Below, one piece after another: positions 1 through 6,720 of a DNA stretch of 64,000 nt. Made by a program: the position numbers and the translations under genes. Under the pieces are notes generated by a model. That model was given only the letters and a program-made list of their open reading frames with translations, searched no databases and was not told the DNA's origin. Numbering within the stretch: the stretch's first letter is position 1; the number at the start of each line of letters is the position of its first letter. Source of the DNA: Lachnospiraceae bacterium. Its GTDB lineage: Bacteria > Bacillota > Clostridia > Lachnospirales > Lachnospiraceae. The stretch covers positions 370-64,369 of the forward strand of contig JAVBTX010000023.1 in assembly GCA_031555935.1 (NCBI GenBank), written 5' to 3'.

Positions 1-119
1 AAATAAGGCTTTGATGGAGGGATATATGAGGTGATTTTTAAATTAGTAATTGAAAACCCTTATGAAATAAGGGCTGAAGATTCCGAGAACTTATTATATA
101 ACAACGGAGGAATAATAGG

Positions 120-572
120 ATGGAGATAAGAGAGTTTGGTTGTTTGGAAGATAAAGAATATTGGTTAAGCAAGATAAATAAAAGTGATTGGGAAGCCGGA
201 CAATATCTGCATGAATTACTAAGCAAAAACGAGTTAACATCATTGTGTGGAAAGACAACGAAGGTGTTTTTGCTGATAGATAATCAACAACTTATATCAT
301 TTTGCACTTTGGCAGAAGAAGATGACGTGAGAGACACTGGCCTTACGCCGTGGATAGGATTTGTATATACGTTTCCTGAATATCGAGGACATCGATACAT
401 GGGACTTCTGTTAGATTTTGCTTATGAGACTGCTAGAAATAACGGGGCAAAATATATTTATATATCGACGGATAAAATAGGGCTTTATGAAAAGTACAGA
501 TATTCCTTCTATCAAATGATGAAGGATATGAATGGAGAAGTTTCGCGAGTATATAGAATTAGTGTCAAATAA
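120..572 (+). CDS. GNAT family N-acetyltransferase
   Basis: Acetyl-CoA motif VYTFPEYRGHRYMGLL and LYEKY; RBS GGAGG upstream. Confidence 0.85.
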   Translation: MEIREFGCLEDKEYWLSKINKSDWEAGQYLHELLSKNELTSLCGKTTKVFLLIDNQQLISFCTLAEEDDVRDTGLTPWIGFVYTFPEYRGHRYMGLLLDFAYETARNNGAKYIYISTDKIGLYEKYRYSFYQMMKDMNGEVSRVYRISVK

Positions 573-587
573 ATATTAAGCATGTAA

Positions 588-604
588 AATCAGAATATGT
601 AGAG
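588..604 (+). repeat. Direct repeat copy 1 (AATCAGAATATGTAGAG), possible att-like site
   Basis: 15/17 identical to 4418-4434; lies between the GNAT stop and the end of the integrase remnant. Confidence 0.5.
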
Positions 605-670
605 CTTTTCTGTGAACTTTCCCTATTTTTCAAGGCTTTCCAAGCCTATCAATATGAACTTATATGTATT

Positions 671-910
671 TTCCCTTGTTGCGTGAGCGTAAACATTCAT
701 TGTGGTACTTATATCGGAATGACCTAGTAGCTCTTGTACATCTTTGTAATAATTCCTGTGATATAACTGTCCATACGGAAAGCGCTGTTTGTGCTGTTCC
801 TTTTTGGCAGTCTGCAATATATCAGCTAGAGTATCGCCAAAATCAACAACACGCACCTTTTTTCGTTTTGTCGGTCCAATCTCTGTTTTGTGCCTTGCAT
901 TGTTGTAGCG
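671..910 (-). pseudogene. Tyrosine recombinase/integrase C-terminal remnant
   Basis: Translates RYNNARHKTEIGPTKRKKVRVVDFG...KDVQELLGHSDISTTMNVYAHATRE (LLGH...Y catalytic box); no N-terminus and no canonical HxLRH box. Confidence 0.85.
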
Positions 911-930
911 GGTGTCTCCGTCCTATTAAT

Positions 931-1848
931 CTATATATGGGTTATAATATCGCCTATATCCCCATCAATTAAAATACTTTGTTTTGTAATTTCTTTAGGA
1001 GCAAAAGCTTCTCCAAAATTAACGCAGGCGTAAGTCGCAAGAGGATTTTCCTTTACCCTTTTCCAGAAAGGGTATTTAATTATGACAGGAGTGTTTGCTC
1101 CAACCCCAAGTTCAAGGTAAAGCACATGACCATTTTCGTGACGACGCAGAAAATCGGAATATCTCTGAGCTGCCATATCCCAGCCTGTATCCTGTACAAA
1201 GGTATCATCACAACGTAAATTCATGGTTAATGGTTTGCCACATTCCGTACAATATGGGATAAGCGTCGAAGGAATAGATGTCTTTGCAGTAACATCTTCT
1301 GGTAATATAAGCTCACCATTCGGCATAATTTCATATCCCTGTGCTTCCACCATCTTATGCACTTGGTTTTCGTTGTCATAGGTCTTTTTTTCACATCCGT
1401 CCATACATTGCCACAATCCATAATCTCCCTGTGTATAGAATAACCGATGTTTATCAAAACCATTTTTTTGAAACAGGTGGTCTACATTTGTTGTCAATAC
1501 GAAATAGTCTTTACCATTCACCAGCTCAAACAGTTTTTCGTAAACTGGTTTAGGAGCATTCATGTAGCGGTTGATGTAAATGTATCTGCTCCAATATGCC
1601 CAGTGTTCCTCTAATGTCTGATAGGGATGGAAACCTCCAGAATACATATCCGTAAAATAATATTTGCGGGCAAAATCGCTAAAGTATTTTTGAAATCGCA
1701 CCCCCGAATAAGTAAAGCCTGCGGAAGTAGACAAGCCTGCACCTGCCCCCAGAACAATGGCATCAGCATTTGTAATTTCATTCTGTAATTTTTTTATCTG
1801 CTCCGAGTAATTTCCGGTAGATTTGATAATCTGACGATTGAAAAACAT
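931..1848 (-). CDS. Class M sirtuin (SirTM), protein mono-ADP-ribosyltransferase
   Basis: GAGAGLS, TTNVD, YTQGDY (Gln where deacylase sirtuins have the catalytic His), LELGVG.NTP; adjacent to a Zn-macrodomain gene. Confidence 0.88.
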   Translation of the reverse strand: MFFNRQIIKSTGNYSEQIKKLQNEITNADAIVLGAGAGLSTSAGFTYSGVRFQKYFSDFARKYYFTDMYSGGFHPYQTLEEHWAYWSRYIYINRYMNAPKPVYEKLFELVNGKDYFVLTTNVDHLFQKNGFDKHRLFYTQGDYGLWQCMDGCEKKTYDNENQVHKMVEAQGYEIMPNGELILPEDVTAKTSIPSTLIPYCTECGKPLTMNLRCDDTFVQDTGWDMAAQRYSDFLRRHENGHVLYLELGVGANTPVIIKYPFWKRVKENPLATYACVNFGEAFAPKEITKQSILIDGDIGDIITHI

Positions 1849-2578
1849 TAAATACCACCTTTCTGATTTTACGATTCACTGTGAAATATTGTTTTACTGT
1901 ATTCACCGCAATTTCAGCGGCTTCTTTCTGAGGAAAGCCAAATACACCTGTTGAGATACAACAAAAAGCCATAGTTTCCACTTCATATTTTTCTGCTAGT
2001 TCCAAACAGGACTGATAACAGCTTTTGAGTAATCTCTTATTCTGGTCTGTCAGTTTTCCTTGAACGATTGGACCGACAGTATGAAGCACATAAGCAGAGG
2101 GAAGGTTGTAGGCGGGAGTAATCTTAGCTAGTCCAGTTTCTTCCTCATGTCCCTGTTCCGCCATCAGTTTCTGGCAGGTAAGGCGTAGCTGTATTCCAGC
2201 ATAGGTATGAATACAATTATCAATACATGAATGGTTTGGGTAATAACATCCAGTCATTCCGCTGTTGGCAGCATTTACAATTGCTCCAACTCCTAATCGG
2301 GTAATATCCCCTTGCCAGAGTACAAGCCGTTCATCAGCCTCTGATACAGGTAATTCCTTTACACATACAATTCCTTTTTCTTTGACTTCTTCCGAAAGAT
2401 ATTCATCTTGTATTTTTAAAAATTCATTACCTGCCGGCATAGGTGGACGGACATTAAACAAAGCACGAAGTAGCCGTTGCTGTTCGTCCTGAGTTTGTGG
2501 TATTTTCACATCACGATACTGTGATTGTTCTTTTAAGAGTTCGTGAATTAGCCATATACGGCGTTCTTCTTGCTTCAT
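1778..2578 (-). CDS. Zn-dependent macrodomain protein-ADP-ribose hydrolase
   Basis: WQGDIT, IVNAAN, Zn loop C-x4-H-x-C (CYYPNHSC), HTVGP, CISTGVFGFP; start ATG 2578 or GTG 2587. Confidence 0.9.
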   Translation of the reverse strand: MKQEERRIWLIHELLKEQSQYRDVKIPQTQDEQQRLLRALFNVRPPMPAGNEFLKIQDEYLSEEVKEKGIVCVKELPVSEADERLVLWQGDITRLGVGAIVNAANSGMTGCYYPNHSCIDNCIHTYAGIQLRLTCQKLMAEQGHEEETGLAKITPAYNLPSAYVLHTVGPIVQGKLTDQNKRLLKSCYQSCLELAEKYEVETMAFCCISTGVFGFPQKEAAEIAVNTVKQYFTVNRKIRKVVFNVFQSSDYQIYRKLLGADKKITE

Positions 2579-2590
2579 ATATTTCACATC

Positions 2591-3214
2591 CTAACTTTTT
2601 TTAATAATTGCCCTTACGGGACAAATCTCGTAACAGTTCCCACAGCGGATACAATGCTTCTGGTCAATCTCAACTGGTTTTTTTGTAATATCAATGCTTT
2701 TCTGTGGACAGCGTGAATAGCAGATTTTACAACCGATACATTTGTCGTTGACAAAATAGCCATCATCAACAGGAATTGCACCACCAATTGTAAACTCCGT
2801 TCTTTCTGGTGGGAGTTTGGACAAATCAAAGATTTCTCCTGTTCCTTCATAGAGCTGAAAGACTGTCAAGGCTGTGCGTGAAGCGTTGGACGGATAGATA
2901 TCTTTCATATATGGATTTTTTTCAAATAACTCTGTAAGTTTGTCAGAGCCAAGTTCCTTGACTTTGCCTTTCACAGATACAGCAACGGTACTCATGGTGT
3001 CTGTACCTTTCATACCAGTAAGAGCAACATTTGGATTGGCACGCAGTCTTTTATAAAAGTGCTTGCCCTTAGCAGTTAAAAAGTATAACCCATTTTCATC
3101 AAAGTCCATCATATCAATGGCACAGGTAACAGGGGTATTGTCTTTATCAACCGTGGCAACAACAGTCGTATGAATTTGCTTTACAAGTATCTCTAAAATT
3201 TCGATTGTTTTCAT
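2591..3214 (-). CDS. PNPOx-like flavin-binding domain fused to a 2x[4Fe-4S] ferredoxin domain
   Basis: N-terminal VATVD...GLYFLT..K...L.ANPNVAL; C-terminal CIGCKICYSRCP and CIRCGNCYEICP. Confidence 0.85.
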   Translation of the reverse strand: MKTIEILEILVKQIHTTVVATVDKDNTPVTCAIDMMDFDENGLYFLTAKGKHFYKRLRANPNVALTGMKGTDTMSTVAVSVKGKVKELGSDKLTELFEKNPYMKDIYPSNASRTALTVFQLYEGTGEIFDLSKLPPERTEFTIGGAIPVDDGYFVNDKCIGCKICYSRCPQKSIDITKKPVEIDQKHCIRCGNCYEICPVRAIIKKS

Positions 3215-3259
3215 TGAATTTCCGCCTTATAATTCTCCTATTGAGATATGATTTAGATT

Positions 3260-3297
3260 AAGAATAACGCCCCACAGATATTGTTCAGCAGGGCGTT
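3260..3297 (-). terminator. Intrinsic terminator, expression platform of the FMN riboswitch
   Basis: On the minus strand AACGCCC...GGGCGTT stem followed by ATTCTT, directly 3' of the aptamer. Confidence 0.6.
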
Positions 3298-3304
3298 TCT
3301 TATC

Positions 3305-3417
3305 ATATCTTCTCACATCCGGACTATACCGTCGGTAACGGAATTACGCCGTTTCAGCCGCTATGCGGGTCGCAGACTTTACTGCCGGTAAGGATTTACA
3401 CCTTGCCCCGAAGATTG
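3305..3417 (-). promoter_or_regulatory. FMN riboswitch (RFN element)
   Basis: Minus strand AATCTTCGGGGCAAGGTGTAAATCCTTACCGGCAGTAAAGTCTGCGA...AATTCCGTTACCGACGGTATAGTCCGGATGTGAGAAGAT matches the RFN consensus, including P1 ATCTTC/GAAGAT. Confidence 0.93.
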
Positions 3418-3431
3418 TTTTCATATATTTC

Positions 3432-3827
3432 TTAGAACTCATAAGGAGGGTTGCCAGAGAAATCGGCAATCACACCATGAGGATTTTCCAGATAGAAAAC
3501 CTCAAAGATAGGGTTGTCAGCGGTCTGATACTGTCCCTTAACGATAGGGTTATTCATACAGCCTTCCTTAACCGCCATGTTGTTATCGAATACTGCTTTG
3601 CCTGCAAGACGAATCCATGCGTATTCTGGAGAAGATACAGAAACTTCAATTTCTGGATTAGCAAGAATGTCCTTATAAACATCTTTCTGGTTATTGGTGC
3701 AGAACCACAGTTTTCCATCCTGCTCGAAGCAGAACATAAACGGACGACACTTTGCCTTTCCATCACGACCTACGGTTGCAAGATACTGTACAGGGTTGGC
3801 CTGTAAAAATTCTACTACTTTCTTCAT
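3432..3827 (-). CDS. Pyridoxamine 5'-phosphate oxidase family flavin-binding protein
   Basis: YLATV....K.RPF......LWFCT...KDVY..I.ANP; RBS GGAGG before ATG 3827. Confidence 0.85.
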   Translation of the reverse strand: MKKVVEFLQANPVQYLATVGRDGKAKCRPFMFCFEQDGKLWFCTNNQKDVYKDILANPEIEVSVSSPEYAWIRLAGKAVFDNNMAVKEGCMNNPIVKGQYQTADNPIFEVFYLENPHGVIADFSGNPPYEF

Positions 3828-3991
3828 GTTTTTTACCTCCATTTTGATTGTTATTTATTGTTGGCTTGCTTTTGTTTGCCTGTGACATTATAATATGACT
3901 GTAACAGCAAATAGTAAAGTAGGCACAATAATGTACTATAATTACCTTTTGGAAACTATTGCGTAAATAAAGGACTTGGAGGGAATATAAA

Positions 3992-4315
3992 GTGACAACT
4001 AAAGAATTACCGGCTTGCCCGGTTGAAACAACGCTTGCTTTAATTGGAGACAAATGGAAAGTGCTTATTCTGCGAGACCTGATATCAGGCAAAAAAAGAT
4101 TTGGAGAACTACAAAGAAGTATCGGTAAGGTAAGTCAAAAGGTACTCACTTCTAATCTGCGTGAAATGGAAGCAAACGCCTTGGTTGAAAGAACGGTTTA
4201 CGCCGAAGTTCCACCTCGTGTAGAATACAGCCTTACAGAGCTTGGGCAAAGTTTGAAACCTATCCTTGATTCTATGTGGGCTTGGGGCGAAACCTATAAA
4301 GAAAAGAATAAATAA
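3992..4315 (+). CDS. HxlR family winged-helix regulator
   Basis: CPVETTLALIGDKWKVLIL...RFGEL...LREME...VPPRVEYSLT. Confidence 0.93.
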   Translation: MTTKELPACPVETTLALIGDKWKVLILRDLISGKKRFGELQRSIGKVSQKVLTSNLREMEANALVERTVYAEVPPRVEYSLTELGQSLKPILDSMWAWGETYKEKNK

Positions 4316-4417
4316 ACAAAGAGCCACTCACAGAAAACTTAGTGTTTATAAGGGCTTGCTGTGAATTTAATAACAAAATATAACAGCTTTTATCCCCCTT
4401 AAATTATGTCATTTTTC

Positions 4418-4434
4418 AATCAGAAGTTGTAGAG
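4418..4434 (+). repeat. Direct repeat copy 2 (AATCAGAAGTTGTAGAG), possible att-like site
   Basis: 15/17 identical to 588-604; overlaps the RBS of the next GNAT gene. Confidence 0.5.
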
Positions 4435-4441
4435 GAGAAAC

Positions 4442-4885
4442 ATGAGAATACTTGAAGTGACCAAAAGAACCCCGTTACTGATGCAGCAGCTATTAGCAAT
4501 ATGGGAGGAATCCGTAAGAGCAACACATCTGTTTCTAACGGACAGCGAAATTAAAAGTATCAAGGAATATGTTCCGCAAGCATTAAGCCAAATACCTTAT
4601 CTGATTGTTGCGGAAAATGAGGGGGGATTTCCCGTTGCATTTATGGGCATTGAAGATGGACGATTGGAGATGCTTTTTATTGCTCCGGCGTGCAGAGGTA
4701 ACGGATTGGGAACGCGCCTTTTGCAGCATGGCATTGAGAATTATTCAATTAATAAATTGAGCGTAAATGAACAAAATCCTCAAGCAAAAGGTTTTTATGA
4801 ACAGATGGGATTTGAAGTTTATAAAAGAACAGAAAATGATGAGCAAGGAAACCCTTATCCCATTTTGTATATGAAGTTGGACTGA
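4442..4885 (+). CDS. GNAT acetyltransferase (YjaB-like)
   Basis: WEESVRATHLFL, LEMLFI...RGNGLG, VNEQNPQAKGFY. Confidence 0.9.
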   Translation: MRILEVTKRTPLLMQQLLAIWEESVRATHLFLTDSEIKSIKEYVPQALSQIPYLIVAENEGGFPVAFMGIEDGRLEMLFIAPACRGNGLGTRLLQHGIENYSINKLSVNEQNPQAKGFYEQMGFEVYKRTENDEQGNPYPILYMKLD

Positions 4886-4998
4886 CAAATTCAAATTTGA
4901 CGGAGTAGAAAATGCTAATTAGAGAATATCAAGCATCAGTTAGATCAAATCAATATGAATAACAATTAACTAGAGCTGAGGTAAGAAAGGAATCCAGC

Positions 4999-5613
4999 AT
5001 GGGAAAAGAGAAATTTGCACTAGTAGAAAAAAATCTTCATGATAGAGGTTATATCGTAAATATTTTTAATACTGCTGTACAGGCTTCAGAATATATCGAC
5101 TCACAAGTTGACAGCCAGACTGTTGGTTTTGGTGGTTCTATGACACTTGAACAGATGGGATTATACGAGATACTTAGCAAGCATAATACTGTATTCTGGC
5201 ATCAGCGTATACCTAATGGAAGAACAAGTAAAGAAGTAAGACTGCAAGCAAATGGAAGTAATATCTATATATCTTCTGTAAATGGATTGGCCGAAACCGG
5301 AGAAATTATAAATATTGACGGAAATTGTAATCGAATTGCATCTATTTTCTATGGTCATCAAAAAGTATATCTCGTGGTTGGAAAGAACAAAATAGAAAAA
5401 GATTATGAGAGTGCTTTGCACCGTGCCAGAAATATAGCCGCACCTTTGAATGCCAAACGTTTGGGGGTAAAAACACCATGTGCTGTTAAAGGCAATCAAT
5501 GCTATGATTGTAAAAGTCCAGAGAGAATTTGCCGAGGTCTTTCTGTTTTATGGGACAAACCAATGACAGGTGAATTTGAAGTGATACTAATTGATGAAGA
5601 ATTAGGATACTGA
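4999..5613 (+). CDS. LUD-domain (lactate utilization protein-like) protein
   Basis: VGFGGSMTL, SSVNGL..TGEIINIDG..NR, VVGKNKI, Cys-rich C-terminus. Confidence 0.8.
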   Translation: MGKEKFALVEKNLHDRGYIVNIFNTAVQASEYIDSQVDSQTVGFGGSMTLEQMGLYEILSKHNTVFWHQRIPNGRTSKEVRLQANGSNIYISSVNGLAETGEIINIDGNCNRIASIFYGHQKVYLVVGKNKIEKDYESALHRARNIAAPLNAKRLGVKTPCAVKGNQCYDCKSPERICRGLSVLWDKPMTGEFEVILIDEELGY

Positions 5614-5696
5614 TAAACAACTTCATAAAGGGCAGAGCCGGTCAAGCGAAGATGCTTCTTCCCATGATATGCTGTCAATAAAAGGAGGTGCATATC

Positions 5697-6593
5697 ATGC
5701 ACGCATGGGAAGCAATACAAAAAACACTGGATTATATTGAAACAAATATCAGTGAAGAATTTGAAATTGAGCGGCTTGCTAATACAGCCGCACTATCACC
5801 CTTCTATTATCAAAGGCTCTTTTCGCGCCTTGTCAAAAAGCCCGTCAAGGAATATGTCAAACTGCGCCGGTTGGCCCGCGCCTGTCAATCGCTTGACAAT
5901 AGGGAAAGCCGGATTTTAGACGTCGCTTTAGACTGTGGTTTCGGAAGCCACGAAACCTTTACCAGAGCGTTTAAGAAAGCCTATGGCATGACTCCGGAAG
6001 CCTACCGGGAGCATTCTGTGATGCTTAACCAGTTTGACAAACCTGATCTGATGTTGAACTATGTTATGATTGACGAGGGTGTTCCCCTCATCAGTGAGGG
6101 TCTTGTGCTGGAATTTAACCGTAAAACACTGGAACAGCCCATTTCGTTTATGGGAGTGACAGGTATTATCCCTATTGATGGACAAATGCCGCTCGGTGAA
6201 GCGACTGGGGTAGACATGCCTGGAGAAGTCTGGCAAAGATTTCATCGTAAAAAACACTCTATCCCACGGGTGAATGGTGGACGGGAGCTTGGTGTTGCCT
6301 ATTTGGGCGATGTGCCGGAGGGAAATTTCACTTATTTTGCCGGGTCAGAAGTGGAACCGGGAGCAGAAGATAACCACTTTGTTAAATGGGAGCTTCCTGC
6401 CAGGGAATATATCATCTGCGGATTTGAAGCAGAAAATTTTGAGCAGCTTGTAACGTTAGCAATCAACAAAGCCGTTAAATACAGCGGACTATGGCTTGAA
6501 AAACACGGCTTGATTATGGATGTTTACTCCCCTGAAATGTATTACGACAGTTCGCCGGATGCTGTCTACATGGAGCTGTGGATGCCGATTTAG
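5697..6593 (+). CDS. AraC family regulator with a GyrI-like effector domain
   Basis: AraC HTH (DVALDCGFGSHETFTRAFKKAYGMTP) plus a C-terminal effector domain; RBS AGGAGG. Confidence 0.9.
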   Translation: MHAWEAIQKTLDYIETNISEEFEIERLANTAALSPFYYQRLFSRLVKKPVKEYVKLRRLARACQSLDNRESRILDVALDCGFGSHETFTRAFKKAYGMTPEAYREHSVMLNQFDKPDLMLNYVMIDEGVPLISEGLVLEFNRKTLEQPISFMGVTGIIPIDGQMPLGEATGVDMPGEVWQRFHRKKHSIPRVNGGRELGVAYLGDVPEGNFTYFAGSEVEPGAEDNHFVKWELPAREYIICGFEAENFEQLVTLAINKAVKYSGLWLEKHGLIMDVYSPEMYYDSSPDAVYMELWMPI

Positions 6594-6665
6594 TACCATT
6601 TATTCCGTTATTAGATGATGGCATTGATATTATGGTAAAATCTAAGCATGAGGTAATCTATGAAT

Positions 6666-6714
6666 TGGAAAAAGCAACTCCAGGGTACTACATACCCCAA
6701 AGTTGCTTTTTCCA
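6666..6714. terminator. Bidirectional terminator between the AraC gene and glgB
   Basis: 14-bp perfect inverted repeat TGGAAAAAGCAACT/AGTTGCTTTTTCCA between convergent genes. Confidence 0.75.
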
Positions 6715-6720
6715 TTCACT

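Noticed and set aside
53-76. CCCTTAT..ATAAGGG-like palindrome, with similar ones near 620-640, 4335-4357 and 60634-60657, as recombinase sites
   Set aside because: Copies are too degenerate and each can be explained as a terminator-type hairpin; not separable from chance without a profile search.
664-1553. Short plus-strand ORFs over the integrase remnant and SirTM, and similar antisense ORFs throughout the track
   Set aside because: They overlap well-supported genes on the opposite strand and have no independent coding signals.
3363-3806. 147-aa plus-strand ORF
   Set aside because: Antisense shadow of the PNPOx gene and the FMN riboswitch; no RBS or recognisable motifs.
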